DNA of 64,000 nt from Podarcis pityusensis (taxonomy: Eukaryota), in assembly GCA_964106645.2 (NCBI GenBank), contig OZ067039.1. One strand, given 5' to 3'. Position 1 is the stretch's first letter. Each line of letters starts with the position of its first letter. Shown piece after piece: positions 1 through 12,494 of the stretch. Below the pieces are notes generated by a model. The model was given only the letters and a program-made list of their open reading frames with translations, did no database searches and was not told the origin of the DNA. A program made the translations under genes and the position numbers.

Positions 1-1590
1 GGAATGAGATAACTGATGCAGATGCTCCCCCCTCCCCCAGCACTCCCCTCTTCCTCTCTTCTCTCCACACTGCTTGTGAGAGGGCGGGAGTGCATATGAA
101 TGAGTAAGAAAGGATGGATATGTTTTCATGTTTTCTCCCTCTTATCATTTATGCAACAGCTGCTTTCCAAAATGCTCCTTCCTGGAATGTGAAGAAAGAT
201 GAGAGGGAATTCTGGGCAAGCAGAGCCATTGTTAAGCAATGGCTTCTTGCTGCTAATAAGAAACATTAGGAAACTGTGTCACTCAGGGCTGCAGTTCTTT
301 ACCAGAAGAAATGCAAGGGGGAAAGGAATGAGAGCTGGGAGTGGGGGTGCATCTTGAGAAATGGGCAGTGGAGAGATGGGGAAGGCATTGCTTGTGAGAC
401 GCCTATTATGGAATTAAATTGGTTTGTTCCACCACCTCCCAGGATCTTCTCAATGGAGTCTGCCAGAGTTGTTGGAAAGTATATTCTATTTTATGTGCAG
501 GGCTGGGTCCAAGATATTTTGGTGCCGGGGCAAAGGACAAAATTACACCTCTCTCCCATTCCATATACTAAAGGCAAACCAGACCTGAGAGCAGCAGACC
601 AGCTGCACAGGGTGGATAGTGTTATTCACACAGTTCTGTCTTCTACCATGAGACATTATTTGGGCAGTACTTCAGCATCTGAAATTTTTTTTGGTCAGTT
701 TAGTTGTCAGCAATCAAGCTTAAATACATATAAAATGTGACCCTCTTACTGGAAGCTTAAGATAGTTTCTGGGGTCTCCAGGTGGCCATTGTGGTGGAAT
801 GTATGTAGGTTGAATCCCTGTTGCTGACTTAATAAAGCTGGCGACTCAAAAAGATAGGCCTGAACATATTGCATGACAGGACTCTCACAGCTGGAAGCTG
901 CAAATATGCTTCCTGGTTGTTCCAAACACCACTGAGGTGTGGGCAAATTAATAAGCACAGGTCTGGGTGGCACATGCTAGGCACATAGCTTTGGGTTTTT
1001 TCTTATTTCAAGTCCTAGTTTGAGTTTCCTGTCTTCCATTAATTTCTTCCCATGAAGATGAAAATGTATTTGTGATTCAACATTGCCTCAAAGTGGCACA
1101 AATCCATATCCCTTGGACACACCAGTTCTTATGTTTATTATTTTCACTTCTTTAACAGAGCCATAGCATGCAGAACAGAGTATGTGGGTTGTGTTCAGTG
1201 TTCTCTATGAAATGTCTTCTCAGTTTCAAGAGTGCCTTGTGAAACCCATGTGTTCTTACCTTTAACAATATTATATTGATCCTGATGCTGTAGAGGAGCT
1301 TGAATCCTAAAACAAAATGTCACTACATAATGTCTAGGACAAGGCATGCTGTGCTGAGATCATAATTTCAAACTAAGGCTTCTTTTAAAAAATTGGAAAT
1401 ACTTTTCACTTTGGTGCCCTTTGTTTCTTTTAATCCTTGACACCAGTAGAGTACTACTGGAAGGAATATCTATAGTTCTTTTATGTTAAATTTCACCACA
1501 AATAATTGGTACGTATTTGTGAGGTTAAGCATGATAATAGCTGCTAACATCCTGGTCATAAGTTCATTGCTTAGAAATGAAACCCTACTA

Positions 1591-1938
1591 CAGTGGTGCC
1601 TCGCAAGACGAAATTAATTCGTTCCGCGAGTTTTGTCGTCTTGCGATTTTTTTCGTCTTGTGAAGCACGGTGTCGGGAAAGTTTTGGAAAAGCTTCAAAA
1701 ATCACCAAAGTCTTTAAAAACCTCAAAAAAGGCTACCACACCGCGTTCTATGAGTTGCTCCTCGAAGTCAAGTCGCAACTGTATTAACGGTGTTAAGAAA
1801 AAGGAAACAAACTTGCAAGACGTTTCCGTCTTGCGAAGCAAGCCCATAGCGAAAATCGTCTTGCGAAGCAGCTCAAAAAACCCTTTCGTCTAGCGAGTTT
1901 TTTGTCTTGCGAGGCATTCGTCTCTCGAGGTACCACTG
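1591..1938. mobile_element. Tc1/mariner (Tigger/pogo-like) MITE, subfamily A
   Basis: TA|CAGTGGTGCCTCG ... CGAGGTACCACTG|TA, with many internal GTCTTGCGA repeats. Confidence 0.9.
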
Positions 1939-2932
1939 TAGTTATTTCTAGTAGAGTTTGTTGAGGACCAGAGCCTAAACCACATGATCAACAAATAATT
2001 AGAAGTTGCCACGAACTAATGCCTGCTTTATTCATGTCTTCATGTCTGGAAGATAAGAGCATTTTCCTTTTGGCCTGGGAGATGCATGCTCAAATCCCAG
2101 CCCAGTCAGTGTTGTTCAAAATCATTGTGCAAGCTGAAGGCAGTCATTTCATTGAAAGCCACTGAAATAATAACTGACTGCCACTTCTTTTCATGGCTAC
2201 ATGTTTAGGGGAGATGAAGCCTAATGCACTTGATAATTATAGGAAAAGGCTCAGCTGGATATTGTACAGAGCTGTAATGCAACTGCCAAAATAAAAGTGA
2301 CTATCTGAGTAACACTCTGATGATCAGTAGAATGATTCTTTTCTACAAATATAAACTGAATTTAATAGGCTGTTTATATGGGTATTAAAGTTTATTCCAT
2401 ATTGTTCCTGGCACCCTCTGAATTTGGTGTTGGAGAAGTATGTGCAAGCTTATTAGTTCTAGGACAGAGTGCAATAAACAAAGAAAAAGAAAAGTTGAAA
2501 GGTGTTACCAGCCATTGATTGACATGCTAGGGCATCATACTCAATTACTTCTAAGCTGTCCTCAGACAGAAGAAATTGTGTATCCATCTGTTCCTCAAAT
2601 TTGAAACAGAGTTTACAGTCAAATGCACCAGCAGGCTGTTCTTAGTTCAGGACCCTAAGAATAATATCCATGACTAGACAGGTAGCCACTCAATGGTACC
2701 AGCCAAATGATGCCCTGATTTTTTTCTTTGAACTAGGAATCAATATAGGTTTTTAAGAAACAAACACTTAATGTGGGCAGAATTTCTGTCCCATCAACAA
2801 TTTCCTTGTAAAACTGCCAAAAGATTTCTTGGCTTTCTCACAGTGTTGTTATCAGTCCCTGGATTAGATGTGGAGCAGTGAGAGACATACATCTTTAGGA
2901 AGCCTCTGGAACTATGAAAGAATGTAATCCTG

Positions 2933-2934
<2 letters not shown>

Positions 2935-2974
<40 letters not shown>
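2935..2974. repeat. (GT)20 microsatellite
   Basis: Read directly from the sequence. Confidence 0.97.
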
Positions 2975-2976
<2 letters not shown>

Positions 2977-4989
2977 AATGGCATCATACTTTCCCCCTGC
3001 CCCAGAATGTATGGGGGAAATGGATTTTAACTTCTGTGTATTTTATCCATTGAGGATAAAGGAGGTTTGAGATGAGAGGTTGGATTGTGGGATAATTGGA
3101 CTGGCTGGGGGTTGATTCATAGCAAGCCACTGATTCAAATGGAAATGCTGCTCACAATCAGCAGTGCAGGAAAATGGCCTGAATACTATTCCTCTCTAGT
3201 AAAGGAAGTATGATGAGTTGCCAGCTAATGCATAGATTAAAAAAAAAAATGATGGAAAGAAACTAAATTATAGAAATGCTGCAGACAAGGAAGATCCATT
3301 CTAGACTTGGACACCTATGAGATTCTGGCGATTCTATGCAAGTAGAGCATGAGAGTTGCACCCATAGCCCTACAAATGAGAGAGAAAACTCAGGTCTGGG
3401 ATTTTTAATTGGCAACAAATTTATTAGAAAAACTCTGAAGGATCTGCAAATAGGTATTGCTGCTGTGTGAAGTGGTTCCTATAAGTCAGAGGATGTGGGC
3501 TCCTATAAGTCAGAGGATCATAATACATAATCCTTGGTTTTTTGGGCAAGCTTTAAAATGATTTACTTAGTTTATAGGTCTCAGATATGCATTTTCACTA
3601 TGCAGCAGCAATAAAATAATGCAGGCAAAAATAATCTTAGTTGAAATTCAGCAAGATGGCACTACATTATTTGCAGTGTGAAGAGTGGGGTGGATGACAG
3701 GAAACAGGCCTTATTTACTTCCTTTCAGGAGAGGAGAGAGTGTGAACTAAATTAGCCGACTGTAGCCGACTAGGAAATGTGGATTGTTAGGTTTGACTGC
3801 AAATCTCCCACACCTGGGACCTTCTGCATGCAAAACAGATGTGCCTCAAGGTGTTCACCATTTTTTCCCTTCACACCAATTCACCTAACCTAGCACTGTA
3901 TCTGCCAAAGTGGGGAAAAGGTGGGAGCCTGGACAATTGCCGAACTTCCCAAGCCCAGTGTGACTTAGGCAGAAGACCTGTAAAATCCAAAAGTAATCAG
4001 GAACTCCAGGGGAGGAAAAATTCCTCTGTGGCTGCAACCAAAATTGGAAACCAGGGGAAAAAATCCCTCACTGGGTCAAGGGTAGGTGGGTGGGTACTGG
4101 TCAAGACCCCACCGCAGAGGCTGCACTGGATAAAACCAGTCCCAACCCGAGTCCTTCCCATCAAAACAAAACCAGTCATTTTGCAGTTAGTTCCAAGGTC
4201 ATCTCTGGATGGTTGGCCGGGTGCAAACCATGTTCCCCTCCCCCCTGCAATTCTGAGGGTGGAGAAATAGTGTGATTTGATCTGCATGGAATTCATGTCA
4301 CAGCAAACAAGGTTATGGCAGCTAGCAAACAAAGTGTTTGTACTCTAAAGTGAGAGTGTGCAATAAAGGGACAGTGTGAATTTCTGATCACGGGGGTGAT
4401 ATGAATGAGTGCTTACATGCATCTGAACTCTCATGTCAATGCTGCAGTCTTGCTGGGAAGCAGCTACAGTCTTCAAACCAACCAGCTATGTGAGTGGGAG
4501 GAGATCGCTGATTACCATCAATTAGAAACTCAACATAGAGAATAGAAACTAGAAAGCTAGCATTAAAACTACATCCTCGGGCATGCTGCTAAATATGATG
4601 CCGTTCTTTTAGTAGCAGGCACTTATAGATATATTTATCTTTTCGCTTTTGGGGGAGGGCATGTAGGGAAGGAGTTAGGAAATATCTGAAGATATGTGCT
4701 TGGGGGGGATATCTTATTACTGAGGGTCAAACTACATGTGCTTGTCTTTTGTGTTCTGTAAATATAAGCTAAGGGAAAGCCTGAGCAGCCTTGCCACTGT
4801 GGAGGATGGGGAAGAGAAATGTAACTCTTCCACTCCCTGACACAACTCTGACCATCTCAACATGTCTGGTAGTGCTGGGGAGCAGGAGTATATGTCATTG
4901 TGCATGTTGTCACCAATAACATGGGGGAAATGTAACCATGCAGTTCTTGAAGTAAAGGTTTAAATAGGAGATTAAAATTTGAGGTAGTT

Positions 4990-5710
4990 GTCTCAGAAGC
5001 ATGTGTGCAGATGCTGTGAAGAAGGTAAATTCCATGTTAGGTATTGTTCAGGAAGAGATCAGAAATGAAGCTGCTAATATTATAATGCCTACGACCTGGC
5101 CACACTTGGCATGCTGTCTAAAGCTTTTGTCATTTTTGTCAAAACGGATACCGTGGAGCTGAAAAAGGCACAGAAAAAGGAAACTTAAAATGATCAGGAG
5201 CAACTCCCTGTAATGAAAGGTTACAATGTTTGTGGTTTTTCAGATTAGAAACACACACACACACACACACTTAAGTGGGGAGATGATAGAGATGCATAAA
5301 ATTACACACAACGTGGACAGAGTGGGTAGGGTTACTAGAACCCAGAGTAATCCAGTGAAGATGGGAGATTCACAACAAACGTGAGGGAAAAGGTACTCCT
5401 TCATGTTCTATGTAGTTGCACTGGTGAAGCCAGTGCCACAAGATGGGATGATGGCCACCAACTTAGCTTAAAAGTAAAATTAGACGAATTCATGGAAGAT
5501 AAGGCTATCGATGACTACTAATCATGAGAATTATATGCAACCTCTAGGATTAGTGGTGACATTCCTCAGAATACCAGTCTCCGAAGGGAAAAAAGGTAGT
5601 AGATTGTTGTTGCATTCATGTCCTGCTATTGGCCTTCCCAATGACATCTAGTTGGGAATTTTGATGCTGGACTTGGATGGGTCTTTATTCTAATACAGGA
5701 GGGATCACTT
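4990..5710 (+). mobile_element. Degraded CR1 LINE 3' fragment, interrupted by (AC)10 at 5251-5270
   Basis: Typical CR1 ORF2-end sequence (GGAGCTGAAAAAGGCACAGAAAA, GGAGATGATAGAG, TTAGACGAATTCATGGA); tail shared with 55792-56030. Confidence 0.7.
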
Positions 5711-8700
5711 GTGCTTTTATCTTCCTACATGACTTCTAAGAGAAACTCCCATTGGACACTTTCATTGAAATCAAAATGGTAACTTCAAATGTTAGTTTTT
5801 TCCCCCGTACCTGGCAGAGTGATATTTAAACTCCGCCCTCTATAGACCCTACTGTTCAGGGCTGCTGAGACTTCCCTTGGCCTTCTGTTTATGTAACACA
5901 CATCCTGATTGCATTCAGACAAATAATATATCTAATTTAGCCCTGAAAGCTTATCTCATTCTGGTTTCTCATACATGTTCCAGAATTGTTTTGTCAAATA
6001 ATTAATTCTTGGATTTCCGCTTTAAAAAGAAATAAAAATCGGTTTACAGTATATCAATGGATTACTCTGCAGTCATTATGACAAGTTCACAAATCTTAAA
6101 TAGTTTGCTTACATCCAAGTATCTTACCTTATTTTTCTTTTTTCTGATTGATTATAAATCCTCTGAACAGGAACTGTAATCATTTCTTTGTTCTGGGCAA
6201 CATCTAGTACAGTCAGTGCTTGTTCAAAAGAAAACTTGCCTATGAGAGGAAGCTAAAATAAAGATTCAGGTTGAGAGTAATAGATTTAATCCTTGAATTA
6301 AGGCACTTTATACTCATTGGTTTGCTTTCACAGTTTTTTGGTGTGTAGCTGGGAGAAAAACGATCTAGCTTGATCCCAAAAATTGACAAAGAATTGGTTT
6401 ATTTCTACATTCACCCCCTCCCCCACCCATGCACTAAATTACGTGTATATGGTCCAGATGCTCATTATTCACACTTACATGTTCTTTCTGTTGAGCATAA
6501 TCCCCTGGAAACTAGTAACTTTTCCACTGTAGATTTTGTATTTTATTAAAAAGTCATGTTATAATGGAAATGGACTGTTTATGGATTGTTCAAAACAATT
6601 TATCTGAAAAGAGCTACATCCAACTCTTTGGTCTGTGAAATTTCCATTTGGTCTTTGAGAGCGGGGAGGAGGAGGTTGGAAAGCAAAATATAAATGGAAA
6701 TTGCTCCATTAGCTGTTTGGGGCTCCTTAACATTTGCGAACTGTTGGTGCAGCAGAATCCCTGTAGTTAATCCATTATTTCAATTATGTTAAGCATTGAA
6801 GTTAGACTTGTGAAGGAAGTTGGCATTCAGACGGAAAGTACTGCAGAGCATAACTGTAAATGGTAGAAGGCTAAAGGCTGCCTATGCAAAAGCATAAAGC
6901 AAAACCACTAACACTTTCTACAAGCATTCATTATTCTTAACATAAAGAAGCTTTAAGTTGTTTTACACATCTTGGGAGTTGAATTACTTTAATGAGAGGA
7001 AAGAGGGATTCATAAATAGATGAAGTACATTCTTTTAAATGACCACTTGAGACATGTAGGAATGGAGAATAATTTTTCTCATCAAATAAGCTGTTCTGTT
7101 CTTGTTATTTATTGTGTTTTTAGATTTTGCTGGAAGCCGCCCAGAGTGTCTGTGGCAAACCAGTCAGATTGGTGGCTTATAAATAATAAAATTGTTGTTG
7201 TTACATTGGTCACAGGACATATGCCAGAAAACCTTTTTTCCATATTTCCAGTCAAAATTACTGTAAGTTTGACACTTGCCCATGAAACATTAGCTCATTG
7301 TGTATATTGCTGCAAGTGGAATTTTGGTTTTGATTCATGTTTTAGTGAGAACAGTTGTCATGAAGTAACAGATCAATTCTTGATGTTGCAAAACTGTTAC
7401 ATGAATCACATTGATTATATTTGTAGGGAAGATCAAGCTGGTTAACGGATAAATGGTTTAATGTTAATTGGAGTTCAAATAATATGAGCTAAAACACAAA
7501 TATTATGTAAAGAAGCTTACAAATGTTACATTTGTCACTATGGATTTACACACTGCAAACAGAAAAATGCCAAAACAAACCATACAATTAAACTGAATTA
7601 ACTGCATAACTCTCTAGATGTGTTGTATTGCCTCAGCAGCCCCGTGCTAAGGACAAATCTAGGGGGGAAACCTACCCACATGCTATTTCTGCATGTTTTG
7701 AACCCACTGTTATTCACCAAGGGTAGGAATCCATAAAAACAACATGAAGAACTGGTCCTTCTGCTTAGTTCTGTTGATTTGAAGGCACTGAATTTACAGT
7801 AGTTTCAATGTTGGGTGTGCCCTGATTTCCTAGCACGCACCCAGCTACATTTCATCTTTTTTGAACTAGCCAATAAATTTTACATTGTGTGGCTATGCAG
7901 TTTTCAAGTGTGTAGCATTCTGAGAGGGGAGACCTGTCAGGCAGTGCTGGAAAAAATAGATATAACCTTGGTATAAAGAATAGGAATAAAATTGTATTTC
8001 TACTCACACTGTTAGAGGAAGGTTGTTGTTTTTAATGTAAGGTTGCAGTTTTAATATGACAAAAGCTGGGTGATTAATTTGCCAAGGAAAAAACAATTTC
8101 ACTTGTCTTCAGAATAGAGAACAAAATGTCACTGTTGTTGTCCTCCTAGTAGAACAAATTGTGAGATTATTAACATTCCAGTTTGCAACAGTGTCCCTAG
8201 TTATGATTTTTTCACACAACAAATTATTTAATAGTATCACTCAATTCAGAATACTCTTCTAAACAGGAGCTAAATATGCTTTTTTAAGTACATTTTATTC
8301 CACCTTTTAAAACAAATGCTGGGGGAACAAGATTTGTACATCACAGCCAGTGTTGCAAATTGAGATATGAAAGCTAAGGAGCTAAATGGCACCTTAAACC
8401 TAGGTTATGGGCACAATGGAATGTCTAGGCGCACTTCTAGGCCTTCCCCTGCCCACCCCCCTAATACTCTTAAGACGGTCTTTTCTCCAGTCTTCAGAGA
8501 GTAGCTGCAAGTGGGGAGACAGAAAAAGGTCCTCATTTCCTTCCACTCTGCAATTTTAATTTGAAATCTTAGGCGCAGTACTGCACCCTGAGCTCAGAAA
8601 CTGCTCACACTAATGAAATTCCCTCTCGCAAAATGCACCTAGAAGTTTCAAACACTGATTACAGTATAATTTGCTAATCAAAGCCTGCTACTGATCTTTT

Positions 8701-9262
8701 AATCCCAACCCTTTCCAAACACCAAAGCTTTGCATAATAAGTTGCGGTTCTAGTATGTTTATTATCTCATTGACACAAAAGCATCTATAGCAAATAGCAA
8801 CCTTTTAACTACTTGTATATTGGTAAAAACATAGCTTAGACTGATACAGGAGAAAAACAAATAAACAGGAAAAGAAGATATATAAATATTGATCCAGATG
8901 TATAAGTGGCTAACTTGTGAAATGGAAATACATATTTTATTTAAATACATATTTTATGTAACCAGCAAGTATATAAATGACTGTTTATATATTAAACAAA
9001 ACACCTAGTCTCAGTAAGAGCTTGCTTTTTTCTTTTTCTTTTTTTGTAGACAGGGTTGGGGATGGACAACTGGGAGAGATTGCCTGACAAGGTAGCAGGG
9101 AGGTCAAACTTGGGCCTTGGTAGCACTTTCAAATCCATTTTTGCCTTGAGAGTTGCAAGAGATTCTCACTTTGAAAACTGATGTCTGTACCTTCCAAGCT
9201 TTATGCATGTGTATGGAGTGGCTTCTGGGGGTCTTTTGCCCAGATAAGAAAGTTCCAGTATA

Positions 9263-9474
9263 CAGTGGTACCTCGGGTTAAGAATTTAATTCGTTCTGGA
9301 GGTCTGTTATTAACCTGAAACTGTTCTTAACCTGAGGTACCACCTTAGCTAATGGGGCCTCCCGCTGCCGCACAATTTCTGTTCTCATCCTGAAGCAAAG
9401 TTCTTAACCCGAGGTAGTATTTATGGGTTAGATGAGTCTGTAACCTGAAGCATCTGTAACCCGAGGTGCCACTG
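9263..9474. mobile_element. Tc1/mariner MITE, subfamily B
   Basis: TA|CAGTGGTACCTCGGGTTA ... TAACCCGAGGTGCCACTG|TA; internal TAACCTGAA repeats. Confidence 0.9.
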
Positions 9475-10359
9475 TAGTTCCTTAAGTTTTTTTATAGCAT
9501 AAATTAATATTTATTTTTTGACTGAGAGGTTTTCAACCTTTTTGGGTCCACGGCTCCCTTGACCAACTACATTCTTTCTGTGGCACCCCTGTGGGACTCA
9601 GTTAGGTCACCCCTTGCCTGCAGAGCTGGCAGCCTCTCACCCTTTTTTGAACACCCTCCCTTGTGAAGTATTCCCTCAGCCTCCTCTCTTCTCCCCTCTC
9701 CTTAGGAGTCCTCTGGGCAACTGCAGCTGCCGCCCTTGGTCTCTAGCTTCCCCCCTGCCCCAGGTGTACTATGTGCTGCTGCTTCTCATTAAAGCATAGC
9801 TTATTTTTAATGGCCATTTAATGAGATTTGTGAACCAGGCCAATATATTTTCCACAATACACTGAAATATTGTGACTAAATCTTTACTTTTATTTCTCAT
9901 AGATTACTGAAATATTGTTTCTACATTTTGTAAGTAGCTTATCCTTCTCCCACCTTAAAGCTATCACAAGCAGAATATCTTAACATTTTGTTTTGTTTTT
10001 TTAACAGATAAAGCACTGTGTTTCATTCCAGTAAATATTGTTTTGTTAGCAGCTGTTATGTTCCTTGGAGTGCTATGAGAGCTGCTGTAGAGACCTCTGA
10101 AATATAGGGAAAGCAAACAGTTTCCGCTCAGCTTTTGTCAGTCTAGCAGTACTTTGTTTTAAACATGGGAGCCAATAAAGAGACATTGGTCCAGTTCATG
10201 CACAGTGCTCAAACATGGAACAGCATAAATGAGTAAATGTGGGTTCCCAAGGTGAAGTTTGCATCTGCTGTGCTCCTCATCTGCTGCTGCTGCTGCTATT
10301 GCTTACAGATTGTGATTTGTCTGGACAAGAAAAACCACAGCCTAGGTTCAGATGTATTA

Positions 10360-10608
10360 CAGCTGTACCTCTTGTTACGTCAGTCTCCGGTTGCGTTTTT
10401 TCAGGATACGAATGCGGCAAACCCGAAAGTGTATACTTCCAGGTTTCGCCACGCGTGCATGCACAGAAGCGCTCTGCGCGTCTCATGCGTGTGCAGAAGC
10501 GCTCTATCATGCTGTGTGTGCGCGCAGAAGTGGCAGTCTAGTTGTGGAGTTTTTGGGGTGCGAACAGCACCCTGGAATGGATCGAGTCCATAACTAGAGG
10601 TACCACTG
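10360..10608. mobile_element. Tc1/mariner MITE, subfamily C
   Basis: TA|CAGCTGTACCTC ... GAGGTACCACTG|TA; CpG-rich interior. Confidence 0.85.
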
Positions 10609-11671
10609 TACTGAGCCCAGCATCAACAGGACTGGGTAAATAATGCAGCAGGTGTGATCTTCACTTTTGGTGCCAATTTGTGCACACTGAATCATGCTTA
10701 TGTGTGAACCAGGCCAGCGAGTCACCAAGTAATTGGAAACTATCAAACCTGAATTCTTCTTTTCCTATTCTTAACAGTCAATGACATCTTGAATAAAATT
10801 TGTGGAAAGCATGTTGGCGGTTAAATGTGTTTTAGGATCCTTGCTAAGCACCACTTGCTTGCAATGGGTGTATCTGTACAGTATATGGTACACAAATACT
10901 TATGCAAATATCAGCTCAAGGACTAGATGGGAAATGCTGACTTCTCCCCCTAAATGGTAGTCGAATAATCATGTTGGCAATGATGAACATTAGTTTACTA
11001 GGAAAATGCTCACCACAGCAAAAATAAAAAGCATTTGATCCACCTTACAATCTCTTCCTCTTTAAAATAATATTTCATTTATCTTCAGTTTTATAGCCTG
11101 CTGTAAGAGCTTCCATTTTCAAAGAAGGATATGTACCTTGGAATGAAAGGGTTTATAATAGTTTGTTCCCTACTCAGTAGCAAGCAAAGCATATTATCTG
11201 AGCATGTCAGTTCAGGAATATGTACTATATTAATTCAAGATTTGTAACTGTTTAGAGAATATGATTCAGAAAAAAAACCCCTTCAGTTTCAACTGTTTAA
11301 AAGGATCTGATTCATACTCTAGAAACTGTGTCTTTCATATATATGTTTGGGATAAATAGAAATAATTAGTGGGGTGGGGAGCTAAACTCACATAGTCAAA
11401 TACACAGCTGGGAGATGTACTGGCAATACCAAGAAGTGCCTCTGAAAGATGAGCTGCCAATGAGAAAGGCCTTTTCCTGGCTTTGTTTCTGACCCTCCCC
11501 ATCAACAGTACTGTTCTTCTAGAAAGAAAAGGTGCCAGTACTCACCATGAAATTGTTGTTACAACAAGTGCCATACTTTTAGCCTTGAGTGCCCCCAGAA
11601 AAAGCAGTGCCCATCACTGATACTGTCTTAATTCATGGCAGCAAGGGATAATAGGCCTCTGGCAAAGGTTA

Positions 11672-11810
11672 GAATCATAGAGCTGGAAGGGACCCTGAGG
11701 ATCATCTAGTCCAAACCCCCTGCAATGCAGGAATATGCAGCTGTCCCATACAGGGATCAAACCTGCAACCTTGGCGTTATCAGCACCACGCTCCACCAAC
11801 TGAGCTATCC
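11672..11810 (-). mobile_element. tRNA(Ile)-derived SINE with a CR1-type 3' tail (POMSINE-like)
   Basis: Reverse complement reads TAGCTCAGTTGG (A box), CTGATAA loop, GGTTTGATCC (B box), then tail GGTCCCTTCCAGCTCTATGATTC; 7-bp TSD AAGGTTA (11665-71 and 11811-17). Confidence 0.85.
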
Positions 11811-12027
11811 AAGGTTATGTTATTACTGCAAAAAGCATGTTCTTCTCACTTCCATTTTGCTTTGAAATCTACTCCATTCATAACATAGTCTGGAGTGAAA
11901 CAAAAAGAAAGGGGAACTTTCTGCAAAGTGGAACTGGAAGGATCTGGAAGGTGGCATACCTGTGCCAATGACTGGAATGACCAATGGATGGGGTGGTGGT
12001 GGTCTGAATAATAAAGACTGGAAGAAT

Positions 12028-12072
12028 AACGCAAGAAAATCTTTAATAAAAACATTTTTTAAAAAAATAAAA
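12028..12072 (+). mobile_element. 45-bp L1-like 3'-end insertion
   Basis: AATAAA and A-rich tail between perfect 15-bp direct repeats AAAGACTGGAAGAAT (12013-27 and 12073-87); resembles the tail of the 23111 L1. Confidence 0.7.
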
Positions 12073-12479
12073 AAAGACTGGAAGAATTCAAGGCTGGACC
12101 TTCTCCATTTATTCACACCAGCCATTGTGTGAGGTGGCAAATGGTGGCAAGGAATTTGTGGCATCATTCTGTATCTTATGGCTGGCTTTGCTTACAGTAA
12201 TCGGGGTGTATTCCTCAGTTTAGGTTATAACATAATAAGCGGTGCTTATTTGAAATTATACACCAGTTATTTATGGTTATGTTAAAATGCAACATTAAAA
12301 TACGACATTTTTAATAATATAGCAAATGAAACCCTTCTTTGCACTGACAAAATAGTCTGCAAGAGTGTGCTGTGCATTTAAAAAAATGGTTTTAAGCTAA
12401 TTTAAGACAGAAGGGACACTTTGCAACAAATCATGTTGTAGTATGGTTTCTGGAGATCAATTACTGATACAGTGGAAAG

Positions 12480-12494
12480 AGCGCCACCTACTGG
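12480..12494 (-). promoter_or_regulatory. CTCF consensus site CCAGTAGGTGGCGCT
   Basis: Near-perfect match to the core CTCF motif, 2 kb upstream of PRKCD coding exon 1. Confidence 0.65.

Noticed and set aside
276-740. 154-aa ORF
   Set aside because: GTG start, no recognisable domain and no splice support.
1591-1938. CRISPR-like or regulatory repeat array of GTCTTGCGA units
   Set aside because: Short, irregularly spaced subterminal repeats inside a TA-flanked MITE in a eukaryotic genome.
3472-3518. Direct repeat of about 24 bp (similar cases near 39059-39094 and 60274-60302)
   Set aside because: Ordinary local slippage duplications with no further structure.
3839-4332. Overlapping ORFs of 143, 111 and 61 aa
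   Set aside because: No recognisable protein; probably an old repeat I cannot name.
11735-11810. tRNA-Ile gene
   Set aside because: The acceptor stem is incomplete, the head is fused to a CR1-type tail with no oligo-T terminator, and it is flanked by a TSD, so it is a SINE head.
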